Shown one piece after another: positions 8,426 to 16,491 of a stretch of DNA of 34,584 nucleotides. The stretch spans positions 1 to 34,584 of the forward strand of contig CANRER010000001.1 in NCBI GenBank assembly GCA_947629615.1. Reading direction: 5' to 3'. The translations under genes were made by a program, and so were the position numbers. Each line of letters starts with the position of its first letter. Positions within the stretch are counted from its first letter, which is position 1. The notes below the pieces were generated by a model, which worked only from the letters and a program-made list of their open reading frames with translations, ran no database searches and was not told the DNA's origin. This DNA comes from an uncultured Clostridia bacterium (GTDB lineage Bacteria > Bacillota > Clostridia > UMGS1883).

Positions 8426-8836
8426 TTATTGCGGACTGTTAAACCTCATGCCCTCCAATTCGCTGTTAAATTCCTTTGTCACCTCAAGTATCGCCTTATC
8501 CCCGTCGGCGGTAATTTTGTAATCCTTCAGCACGGGGAATTTTTCGCCCTTGAACTTCAGGGCCATTTCTTCCGCCTCCCGTTCGGACGCCAGTTCAAAC
8601 GTTTCAACGGTTTTGAGCAGCTTTGCCATAGTATCGTTCCTTTCCAAGCCCAGCAAATAGTCTGCGGTCACTCCGAAATATACGGCGAGCTGAGGCAGCA
8701 TCGACAAATCGGGGGCGTTTACCCCGTTTTCCCAACGGGAAACCGTTTGCACAGACACCCGCAGCGCTTCCGCAAGCTCCTCCTGCGTAACGCCCCTTTT
8801 CCGTCTGAGTTCCTTTATTATTCTCCCAATATCCAT
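8426..8836 (-). CDS. XRE-family helix-turn-helix transcriptional regulator with a C-terminal domain of about 65 aa and unknown function
   Basis: MDIGRIIKELRRKRGVTQEELAEALRVSVQTVSRWENGVNAPDLSMLPQLAVYFGVTADYLLG is a canonical HTH_3 domain. I place the start at ATG 8836 (GGGAGG 8 nt upstream). The track's longer start at 8920 only adds a hydrophobic extension. A TATAAT (complement of 8864..8869) lies upstream. Confidence 0.85.
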   Translation of the reverse strand: MDIGRIIKELRRKRGVTQEELAEALRVSVQTVSRWENGVNAPDLSMLPQLAVYFGVTADYLLGLERNDTMAKLLKTVETFELASEREAEEMALKFKGEKFPVLKDYKITADGDKAILEVTKEFNSELEGMRFNSPQ

Positions 8837-8930
8837 AAGCGACCTCCCGAGCTTTATAACCGTATTATAGCAAAGCGCGGCCGCAAAAAACAGCGCGCAA
8901 AACGACAGTGCGCTTAACACATTTGTTAAT

Positions 8931-8985
8931 AAACGCCCGTCTTCGGCGCGGCTGACAAGCTCAACCGCCGAAAGCGGGCGTTTTT
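8931..8985. terminator. Long imperfect hairpin with flanking T/A runs; likely terminator of the acidic-tail membrane protein gene
   Basis: AAACGCCCG-TCTTCGGCG...CGCCGAAAG-CGGGCGTTTTT. The outer and inner arms pair, with runs of A and T on either side. Confidence 0.4.
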
Positions 8986-9044
8986 GTTCGATATTTCAGA
9001 TTTATCCGCCTGCGCCGCGCGTTACGCGGCCTTACGCGCGGGTC

Positions 9045-9575
9045 TTATTCCTTGTCATCCTCATCGTCGTCGTAGTCGTAATCCTCGTCGTCCTCGTCGT
9101 CATAATCGTCGTCGTCCTCATCGTCGTCGCTTCTGCCCTTTGTCAGAGCGCCGATAGCGACAAACAACGCGCTGACGAGCACCACAACAATTATAAGAAT
9201 GATTATCAGCTTGCCGAACCAACCGCCGGATTTACCCTCGGGCTCCTCGGCGTCGGCCGCGTCGGTATCGTTATCCTCGGCCCCGTCCTCGTCCAAAACC
9301 TCGGCGGCGGGGGCGCCAGCCTCGTCGAGAAGCCTTTGCTTTTCGGCTATTTCACTCTCGAACGCGGCGATTTTTTCGTCGTACATGCTCTGTATTCTGG
9401 CGAGCTCCTCGGTGGTGCGCTGAAGATCCTTCGTAACGCTCTTCACCCGTCCGCTCTGTATAGCCGCGCCCACAATACCGCCTATCAGCAGCAGGGCGGC
9501 GGCAAGTATGGCCACCAGCGTGGTTTTTTGCTGCTTCTTGCTTCCGCGCCCGGCCCTCGTGTTTCTCTCGTCCAT
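9045..9575 (-). CDS. Two-TM membrane protein with a coiled-coil loop and a poly-Asp/Glu/Tyr C-terminal tail; unknown function
   Basis: Start at ATG 9575, 5 nt after GGAGGG; the track begins at a TTG at 9599. Basic N-terminus, TM1 LVAILAAALLLIGGIVGAAI, coiled coil DLQRTTEELARIQSMYDEKIAAFESEIAEKQRLL, acidic linker, TM2 LIIILIIVVVLVSALFVAIGAL, then SDDDEDDDDYDDEDDEDYDYDDDEDDKE. Confidence 0.75.
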   Translation of the reverse strand: MDERNTRAGRGSKKQQKTTLVAILAAALLLIGGIVGAAIQSGRVKSVTKDLQRTTEELARIQSMYDEKIAAFESEIAEKQRLLDEAGAPAAEVLDEDGAEDNDTDAADAEEPEGKSGGWFGKLIIILIIVVVLVSALFVAIGALTKGRSDDDEDDDDYDDEDDEDYDYDDDEDDKE

Positions 9576-9603
9576 GTTAAGTCCCTCCATCATTTTCAAT
9601 ACT

Positions 9604-9639
9604 TGTGATAATTATATCACAGTATCCGTAACTAATCAA
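9604..9639 (-). promoter_or_regulatory. Promoter of the acidic-tail protein gene, with an inverted repeat covering the -10 box
   Basis: Minus strand: TTGATT (9639..9634), 17 nt, then extended -10 TGaTATAAT. The -10 sits inside the palindrome TGTGATA-n4-TATCACA (9604..9621). Confidence 0.5.
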
Positions 9640-9824
9640 GACAATTTTCGATTTTTTTATTAAATTTTTTATGAATTTCTCGCGCGGCGCGGCTGAGAAA
9701 CCAATATCCGAACAGCCTTTTTTCGCAAGAAAAAAGCGTCGGAACAAAGGCAGGCTTTGCCAAGCCGCCAAAGGCGGCTACTCGCAAAAAGGAGGAGCAA
9801 AGCCTTCTTGCGAAGACTTTTTTT

Positions 9825-9869
9825 CGCAAGAAAAAAGCGTCGGAGCAAAGACAGGCTTTGCTCCGACGC
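9825..9869 (-). terminator. Rho-independent terminator of tRNA-Glu
   Basis: Perfect 14-bp stem GCGTCGGAGCAAAG / CTTTGCTCCGACGC (9837..9850 and 9856..9869), starting 3 nt after the tRNA 3' end. On the minus strand it is followed by TTTTTT. Confidence 0.8.
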
Positions 9870-9871
9870 CG

Positions 9872-9947
9872 TGGTGACCCCACGGGGAATCGAACCCCGG
9901 TCTTCGCCGTGAGAGGGCGACGTCCTAGGCCGCTAGACTATGGGGCC
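9872..9947 (-). tRNA. tRNA-Glu (anticodon CUC), with genomically encoded CCA
   Basis: Hand-folded 76-nt cloverleaf. Acceptor GGCCCCA/TGGGGTC, D arm GTCT-AGCGGCCTA-GGAC, anticodon arm TCGCC-CTCTCAC-GGCGA, variable AGAC, T arm CGGGG-TTCGATT-CCCCG, discriminator A plus CCA. Confidence 0.92.
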
Positions 9948-9966
9948 ACGGCTTAACTGCTTGTCT

Positions 9967-9995
9967 ATTATAGCACAGCGCTGCCCCTTTGTCAA
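9967..9995 (-). promoter_or_regulatory. Consensus SigA promoter driving tRNA-Glu
   Basis: Minus strand reads TTGACA, 17 nt, TATAAT, with extended -10 TG (gTGcTATAAT). The -10 ends 19 nt upstream of tRNA position 1. Confidence 0.7.
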
Positions 9996-10003
9996 GCATT
10001 TTT

Positions 10004-11218
10004 TCAAAAATTTTTCACCGGCAAAAGCAGCCTCTCCTCGCCGAGGCCCCTGCTCTCAAGCGCTTCGAGCGCGAGGGCGAGCATATCGTTTTTATAGGCC
10101 TCAACCTCGGACGCGGGCGCGACGGAGCCAAGCCCCGCGCCCTCGCACACAAGGCCGCGCAGCTCGGAGTTCTTGGCCGTAATCTCGTTTTCTCTGAAAA
10201 ATCTATCCGTCCTTTCGGCGGCGGCGTCCATAGCGCAGAGAATGCCCAGATTGAACGCCGGCGGCGCAAAGGCGCGGTCGAAGGGCTGGGCGCAGTCGCC
10301 GCGCACCTCGAGGGTGCCTCGAGCCGTCAGCTCAACCGACTTGAAGGAAAGATAACACTCGATGTCGCGCTCCTCGGCCCCATAGCTCGGGTCGGAAAAA
10401 TAGTCGGCAATCGTCACGGGGGCAAAGGTTTCGTATCGGCCGCCGCGAATACGGTTGAACAGCCCCTTTTGAAGGAAGAAGTCCACAAGCTCGTCAACGC
10501 TCGCGAACGCGCCGTCCACCTTGCCGGTGATGTTCGGGCAGCCGCCGAAGGCGCTTTTTTCCCACAGAAAATCGCGGTACAGCACATAGCCGAGGCCGTC
10601 CCAGTCGGGCGAGTTGGCAAAGAGCAGCGCCCTCAGGAAGTCCAGCCGTGCAAAGAGGGTGTAGGCACGCGGAGCGTCGGCAAGGCTTACGTCCAAATGC
10701 GTCTGCACCGAGGACAGATAAGCCGGGAAATCGGGGAAATTGTGGCGGGCGGGAGCCTCGTGCAGGAATTTAGCCACCATATTATAGGTGGAAAACGGCA
10801 CATGGTGTTCGCTTATGCGCTTTTTGTTGGGGTTTGTGCCACAGCCTATAAGCGTCATGCCGCCCTTTTGAAGGTAGCCCTGCACAAGGCCGAGGTATTC
10901 GCGGAAACGGGCGTCGAGCTCGGTCAGGCCGGCGGCGTGGTTGAGCGAAAACTCAAAATTATTGTAGGAATTGTCGAAGCTGAGGCAGTCGCCGAAGCTG
11001 TTTTCCATAAAAAGCGGTTCGCCGCCGACGCCGCGCAGCGCGCAGCTCCAGCCGAGGCCGCCCAGATAGTCCGTTATCGCGGCGGCATAGGGCTCGTCAA
11101 TCTCGCCGCCGTCAAGGCTGACAAGCGGGAACTCCAGCTCAACGCCGACCCTGCCGGCGGTTTTTTTGCCCTCGAAAGGGCGGAAAAATCGATTGTAGAC
11201 AATTTCTCGAGCGTTCAT
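10004..11218 (-). CDS. Glutamate-cysteine ligase family 2 (GCS2) / carboxylate-amine ligase
   Basis: 404 aa. RVGVELEFPLV, SSVQTHLDV, LLFANSP and RGTLEVRGDCAQP match the conserved blocks of GCS2/plant-type gamma-glutamylcysteine ligases. The substrate cannot be assigned from sequence. Confidence 0.6.
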   Translation of the reverse strand: MNAREIVYNRFFRPFEGKKTAGRVGVELEFPLVSLDGGEIDEPYAAAITDYLGGLGWSCALRGVGGEPLFMENSFGDCLSFDNSYNNFEFSLNHAAGLTELDARFREYLGLVQGYLQKGGMTLIGCGTNPNKKRISEHHVPFSTYNMVAKFLHEAPARHNFPDFPAYLSSVQTHLDVSLADAPRAYTLFARLDFLRALLFANSPDWDGLGYVLYRDFLWEKSAFGGCPNITGKVDGAFASVDELVDFFLQKGLFNRIRGGRYETFAPVTIADYFSDPSYGAEERDIECYLSFKSVELTARGTLEVRGDCAQPFDRAFAPPAFNLGILCAMDAAAERTDRFFRENEITAKNSELRGLVCEGAGLGSVAPASEVEAYKNDMLALALEALESRGLGEERLLLPVKNF

Positions 11219-11296
11219 AATGCTTTCCTTTCATGCTGTCGTTCCGCCGTTTTGCGCCAACGAGGGCCGCCCGAAGGCAGCCCCCGCGAAAATATT

Positions 11297-14200
11297 TCAG
11301 ATTACCTCTACGAAGTCGATTTCGCCGTCGAAGCCGCCTATCTCCTCCACGACCTCGTCGTCAAAAACGAACTCTATTTCTTCAAGGAACACGGCGTCAA
11401 CCTCGGCTGTGGAAAGACCGGCAATCGTAACGGTCTTTCCGTCCTCGGACACAACCGCGTCGGTCTTAACCGCGCCGTCCTCGCTTGTTGCGTAGCCGCT
11501 TATCTTGCCGAATTTGAGGCCCGCCTCGTAAACCTTATCCTTAAGGGTTATCGCGCCGTCGGCATAGGTCATCAGCATATCGCCCTCCTTGGTCAGCTTA
11601 TAGCCGTCGCCGTCCTTGATGAGGTATATGCCGCCGTTATTAAGCACCTCGACCGCCTTTGCGAGCTGGTCCTTATTGATGAGGGTATCGGGGTTTTTCT
11701 CCACAAAGCCCGCGACAGCCTCTGCTACAAGGCCGTATACGCCGACAGGCTCGGACGCGGGGCCCGTTACCGTGCCGACCTTGCCGACGGCCCTGTAGAG
11801 CGCGTTGGTATCGGCCGTGGAGAAGGCCGCCCCGACGCTGCCCTCGCCGATTTCGGCGGCGAAGGTTTCGCTCGCGCCGGACTTGAATACCTCTATGCCG
11901 TCGCCGTTAAACAGGAAATCTATTGTGAAGCTCTTTTCCGCTTCGCTCCAGCCAAGCTCCGCCGTGGGCGCGGTCACAAGAGCCTTTACCTCGTCGGCGG
12001 TAAGCGCGCGGTCGTAAATCTTAAATTCGTCGATAAGCCCGTTGTAATACTCGCCGCTATTGCCCCAGTTGGCCCTGCCTATCTGGAATATGGGGCTTTC
12101 GCCCAGCACATCGGTCATGGCGTTCTTCGCCGTCGCGGAGGTCTTCGGCGCGCCGTCGATATAAAGCTCGGTCTTATCCTTGGAAACCACCAGAGTGACG
12201 AGCTTCCATACGTTCGGGGTAAGCCCGGAAGCGGTGATGTTATCCGAGCCGTCGCGGCTGCCGGAGCAGTTATAACGCTCGACCGTAATTGTCGACGCGA
12301 GGTCGAGCATACCGAGGTAATGCTCGCTTTGATATTTCTGCTCCTCGGCGTTTTGCGCCGCGAAGAACGGCCAGTTTTTATCCGTGGCGTTTGTCTTGTT
12401 ATAGAAGCTTATCGTGAACTCCTCAACGTTCGCGAGAAGCGAGCTTCCGTCCTCGGCCATTACGGCGTTGAGCCAGCCGTCGCCGCCAAGCGACAGAGCC
12501 TTGCCGTGGTCGCTGTCGACAAGAGATACCGCGCCGTTTGCCTCGGCCTTGCCAAGCCCGCCGACGAAGCCGGTTTCATTGTCGTCAAAGCTGAGGTCGA
12601 GCAGAAGTCCGTCGTAATCCTCTTCGTCATAGCGGAGCATAACGGCGGTATTCTTTTCGGCCGTACCCTTAAGCGCGTCGGACAAATCGGCGTTATAAAC
12701 GCGTTTTTTCATGCCGCCGTAAAGAGGCTTATCTATAACATAGGAGGAAGCGTCATACTCGCCGCCGAGCTTTACCTCGAACGTCTTGGGCGAAAGAATT
12801 TCCGCGCCGTCGGCGTTTACATAGCATACCTTAATTTCCGCGTAGGGGGTATAAACGGCCTTAAGGTCGTATGTGCCGCCCTCGCTTATCATGGCTCCCA
12901 AATTGGATTTCGTCTTATTAAGGCGGTAAACAACATTGTCCTTCTCAATTTTTTCGGGGGCGTTATACGTATAGAGCTTGCCAAGCTCTATGCCCTCGGT
13001 AACGGTGACGGGGTCTTTTATTGCCGCGCCGCTCTCGTCCTCAAATTTAACCGTAACGGTCGGTTCCTTCTCTTCGCCATTGACAGTCCTTACCGTCAGC
13101 TCAACGGTGGGGCCGCTGTATTCGCCGTGGTTTATGGAAGCGAACTTTCTGCTGCCATCGGCGCTGAGCATAGCGAGGGTGAACTTCGGATCTCCGCCGT
13201 TAGCGAGGTATTCGTTGAGCTGGCTGGTAAAGTTGATTTTAAGAACCTGCCCCTCGCCCGAAACGGAATTGCCGCTGCCCGCAAAATGGTACGGATAGCC
13301 CGTATAGGTTCCCCCATTAGCCGTATGAGCAGGCATTTTGGAGCTGTCCTCAACGAAATTGAGGGTATTTCTATCCCAATCGCCAAACGGCAGGAAATAG
13401 AAGTGCAGGTCGCCCGCCTTGCCCTTGTCGCCATCATTTTCGGCTACCATCGTCAGCTTGACGACAGCGTTGCGTATTTCGGCGTCCTTATAATCTGTCA
13501 GGTCAAAGCCCATATAGGCGTTGCGGTTCTGCCAACCGCACCCGGCCTGAATAATATCCGTTTTCGTCGCGCCTTCGTTGCCAGCGGAGGCAGAGGCCGC
13601 AAAGCCGTCCTTCGCAGCCACAACAGGCGTTGTCTCAGTTTTTATAACTTTGCTTACGCCAACTGCAAGAATACTGCCGTCCGCGCCGTCCGCCTTTTCA
13701 ACAGGCTCGCCGTTTAAGGTCACGTTCGTCACGCCGGCAGCCTTGATGACGACCGCGTTGGCGGCCGTCGAGGCGGCAAGGTTGCTGCCGGTTATATTAA
13801 GAGTATCGCCGTCCCGTTCAATATAAATATCGCTTATTTGAAGCGGGCTGTTTATCTCAATATCGCCGCCTGCAAGCGTTTTGCCGTTCACAAGGGCAAC
13901 TGCTGCATCGCTCACGTAAGCCATTTTGGCGTCGGTGGTATATCCGCCGAAGGAGCCGTCCGACGCGTCGGTATTTTTAACATAAAGGGTAGCAGAATCG
14001 CCGTTCACGTTGTAGCTGACGGCTGCGCTGTCGTTGCTCTCAACAATATCCTCCGCGGTAACGTCGGCGGATTCACCCGGCTTCACAGGGTACAGCACGG
14101 TGCCGAACTTAACGGTCTTGCCGGTCTTGGAGAAGGAGGCGTACCGGCTCTTGGCCACAAGGCCGTAGTCGGCGCTGAAATAACCATCCCGCACGGCGGC

Positions 14201-16474
14201 GGAGTCGGTTCCGGCGACAACAACGTTGGCCTTGTCAAGGAAGGCGGTCGTTACGTTATTTCCGTCGGCTTCCGCGTTGCTCGAAGGCATAAAGTGCCAG
14301 TTCTGGTTATATTTCTGGTTTTCGTTATTGCCCTCCACATAGTCGGTCACAACGGCAAAGCCGCCGTTTTTAAGGAACAGCACGTTTCTGGTATGCTCCG
14401 TATTGGGATAGCCGTGCTGCCCCGATGTGGCGAAGCTGAAGGCGTCGTTGTCGGCCCATTCGCTGAATTTTTCCGCGCTGGCGGCATGAGCGCCCATGTT
14501 GACGGCCTCGGCCTCAACGGTATTGTGCGCGCTGGCATAGCGCAGCTCCTTATAAATGTTGTTATTCGGATTGTCGTAGCCGTAACGGCCGCTGTCCACA
14601 AGCAGAGGCTGGCCGTAGGCATACATAAGCACCTGATTGGAATCGGGGTGATAGTGGCCGTCGCTGGGGTTGTTCACGAAGGACACATAAACCGTATCGT
14701 CGGGCTTCCAGCTCGTGCGCATATAGGCGGAGTTAGCGTCGTCGTAGAGGACGGATTTTTCCTCGTCAAAGTCGGCGTCGCCGCTGACATAGGCGTTGAG
14801 CACCGGGTCGTTCAGGTACTCGGCAACGAGCTTAAACTCGGGCATTTTGTCGCGGTAGTTGGAGTCGCCCACGTTGGAATCCCAGCCGTCGGGGAAGAAG
14901 CTCTGAGCGGCGTTCCTCGCGGCGTAGGCAAGCTTGGTCTTGAAGCTTGCGCTCATGGGATTGCCGGACTTTTCGGCCGCGATAAGGCAGTCGCCGTAAA
15001 GCTTTACGCACCACTCGGCGTAGGAGGGGCCGGCCTCCTTAAAGCTCATATCGTCGTTGAAAAGGAAGTCCATTGTATATTCCACGTTACTCTCTACCTT
15101 TTCGCGGAAAGCGTCGTGGTCGTTAAACTCGGGCAGGAACTCGACAGCCTTGAAGAAACCGGCGTTGGCGACTATCTTCCAGTTACTCCACCAAACGTCG
15201 TCCTTTGTTATGTCGAGGCCGTTCAGATAATTGCAGTCGCCCCACATGAACGAAAGAATGTTGACAAATTCGTCGAGCTTGTTATCGAACACATCCGTGC
15301 CGAGGAAAGCGTCGACTATGTCCACCCAACGGTTCAGACGCTCGCCCGTTTCAAGCGTGCGGGGCCAGCCGTAGTTCATCTGATTGGCAAAGGCGTTCAT
15401 CAGGTCGACAAGCTTCGGGCCGAAGCTCGCGCCGGGGTACTGCACGTGATACGGGTGCGCCGCGTCATAGGCATCGGCGTCGGCAAGGTAGGACAAATAC
15501 TCATAAGCCATAGGCTTGCCGAACCAAAAGCGGGCCGTAACGTTGTGATACTCGCTGTCGGCGTTGGGAGCCGAGGCATTCCAAATGGGGTTATCGATAT
15601 TTTCGTAAGAGAATATGTTTCCCCTTATCGCGCTCCACGTCAGCTTGGTTTCGTCCCACGTCGTATCGCCGATATTGATTACCAGCACGTCCTTGGAGCC
15701 GGTGTCGCAGTCCTCGGCATAAGCCGCGTTGACGACAAGCTCGGCCTTGGTTATATTCTTCCCCGCGACCTTATCCAGCGGGAAATTGACGTAGGTACGG
15801 CGGGTGTTGCCGCCCGTGGAATTGTTGCCGTTATCGGCGTCCTCCTTAACATAAAGGTCGGTTACGGGGCCGTTGTTGGCGGTGGTGCTTTGCGAGCTGA
15901 TAAAGGTGTCGTTATCGGCGGGGATTGTTTCGCTGCCGCCGTCATACGTCACAACAAGCTTCGGGCCAACGTCGCCCTCGGCCTCCTTGGACTTAACTAT
16001 TACGGGGTACTGCTGCTTGCTGCCCGCCATGAGCATGAACGAAACGGCCCCGTTATTGAGCTCGCTCTTAACGCGGTCGGTAACGTCCACGTTGTAATCG
16101 GTATATGTCTTATCCGTTACGGTAAACTCGGCCTGCCACATATCAAATTCGTACGGGCCGGTGAGTATATTCCTCATGGGCAGCACGGCCATGCCGTAGT
16201 TTTCGTCGGCCTCGGTAACGCCGCTGCCGGTTATCTCGTTTTTCTTGTGACGCTCCTTGAAATACTCGAGCAGCGCCTTTTTGGCCGCAGTGTAATCCCC
16301 GCTATCCACGGCGGACTTAACGCCCGCGAGGCCGGGGAAGGCGGAATAATTCAGTTTAGCGAAGAAATCCGCTTCTTTCATGGACGCCGCCTCCGTAGTG
16401 ACGGTGAACGCGCCGAAAAGCGAGCACACCATGGTCATCGCCACAAAAAGCGACAACAGCCTTCTTTTTTTCAT
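11297..16474 (-). CDS. 1725-aa secreted multidomain polysaccharide lyase (heparinase II/III family) with accessory beta-sandwich, MucBP-like and LamG domains
   Basis: Signal peptide MKKRRLLSLFVAMTMVCSLFGAFTVTTEAAS. Heparinase II/III signature GHYHPDSNQVLMYAYGQPLLVDSGRYGYD...YASAHNTV (aa 606-652, nt about 14510..14659). Two DNRLRE/CBM96-like modules (aa about 180-290 and 955-1125). Two MucBP-like repeats (aa about 1137-1285). LamG_3 domain (aa about 1288-1500, ...GLIDEFKIYDRALTADEVKAL). Confidence 0.85.
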   Translation of the reverse strand: MKKRRLLSLFVAMTMVCSLFGAFTVTTEAASMKEADFFAKLNYSAFPGLAGVKSAVDSGDYTAAKKALLEYFKERHKKNEITGSGVTEADENYGMAVLPMRNILTGPYEFDMWQAEFTVTDKTYTDYNVDVTDRVKSELNNGAVSFMLMAGSKQQYPVIVKSKEAEGDVGPKLVVTYDGGSETIPADNDTFISSQSTTANNGPVTDLYVKEDADNGNNSTGGNTRRTYVNFPLDKVAGKNITKAELVVNAAYAEDCDTGSKDVLVINIGDTTWDETKLTWSAIRGNIFSYENIDNPIWNASAPNADSEYHNVTARFWFGKPMAYEYLSYLADADAYDAAHPYHVQYPGASFGPKLVDLMNAFANQMNYGWPRTLETGERLNRWVDIVDAFLGTDVFDNKLDEFVNILSFMWGDCNYLNGLDITKDDVWWSNWKIVANAGFFKAVEFLPEFNDHDAFREKVESNVEYTMDFLFNDDMSFKEAGPSYAEWCVKLYGDCLIAAEKSGNPMSASFKTKLAYAARNAAQSFFPDGWDSNVGDSNYRDKMPEFKLVAEYLNDPVLNAYVSGDADFDEEKSVLYDDANSAYMRTSWKPDDTVYVSFVNNPSDGHYHPDSNQVLMYAYGQPLLVDSGRYGYDNPNNNIYKELRYASAHNTVEAEAVNMGAHAASAEKFSEWADNDAFSFATSGQHGYPNTEHTRNVLFLKNGGFAVVTDYVEGNNENQKYNQNWHFMPSSNAEADGNNVTTAFLDKANVVVAGTDSAAVRDGYFSADYGLVAKSRYASFSKTGKTVKFGTVLYPVKPGESADVTAEDIVESNDSAAVSYNVNGDSATLYVKNTDASDGSFGGYTTDAKMAYVSDAAVALVNGKTLAGGDIEINSPLQISDIYIERDGDTLNITGSNLAASTAANAVVIKAAGVTNVTLNGEPVEKADGADGSILAVGVSKVIKTETTPVVAAKDGFAASASAGNEGATKTDIIQAGCGWQNRNAYMGFDLTDYKDAEIRNAVVKLTMVAENDGDKGKAGDLHFYFLPFGDWDRNTLNFVEDSSKMPAHTANGGTYTGYPYHFAGSGNSVSGEGQVLKINFTSQLNEYLANGGDPKFTLAMLSADGSRKFASINHGEYSGPTVELTVRTVNGEEKEPTVTVKFEDESGAAIKDPVTVTEGIELGKLYTYNAPEKIEKDNVVYRLNKTKSNLGAMISEGGTYDLKAVYTPYAEIKVCYVNADGAEILSPKTFEVKLGGEYDASSYVIDKPLYGGMKKRVYNADLSDALKGTAEKNTAVMLRYDEEDYDGLLLDLSFDDNETGFVGGLGKAEANGAVSLVDSDHGKALSLGGDGWLNAVMAEDGSSLLANVEEFTISFYNKTNATDKNWPFFAAQNAEEQKYQSEHYLGMLDLASTITVERYNCSGSRDGSDNITASGLTPNVWKLVTLVVSKDKTELYIDGAPKTSATAKNAMTDVLGESPIFQIGRANWGNSGEYYNGLIDEFKIYDRALTADEVKALVTAPTAELGWSEAEKSFTIDFLFNGDGIEVFKSGASETFAAEIGEGSVGAAFSTADTNALYRAVGKVGTVTGPASEPVGVYGLVAEAVAGFVEKNPDTLINKDQLAKAVEVLNNGGIYLIKDGDGYKLTKEGDMLMTYADGAITLKDKVYEAGLKFGKISGYATSEDGAVKTDAVVSEDGKTVTIAGLSTAEVDAVFLEEIEFVFDDEVVEEIGGFDGEIDFVEVI

Positions 16475-16491
16475 TTTCCATTACCTCCCTG

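Noticed and set aside
9604-9621. Assigning the TGTGA...TCACA palindrome to CRP/FNR or Rex.
   Set aside because: Those sites have 6 nt between the TGTGA and TCACA cores, whereas this one has 8. It is kept only as an unassigned operator-like element.
9718-9869. Possible CRISPR array or other repeat element, suggested by the direct repeats near the tRNA.
   Set aside because: There are only two diverged 43-nt copies, one of which is plainly the tRNA terminator stem. There is no regular repeat-spacer periodicity, and no cas genes are in the window.
9671-9877. A 68-aa plus-strand ORF with an internally repeated peptide (FFARKKRRNKG / FFSQEKSVGAKTG), and the overlapping 83-aa and 64-aa minus-strand ORFs.
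   Set aside because: The peptide repeat is only a by-product of the duplicated terminator DNA. None has an RBS, and all overlap terminator hairpins and the tRNA 3' end.
9872-11218. A functional link between the GCS2 (glutamate-ligase family) gene and the tRNA-Glu 56 nt downstream on the same strand, for example tRNA-dependent chemistry.
   Set aside because: The tRNA has its own consensus promoter (9967..9995) and its own terminator. GCS2 enzymes are ATP-grasp-like ligases with no known tRNA dependence. The adjacency is most simply coincidence.
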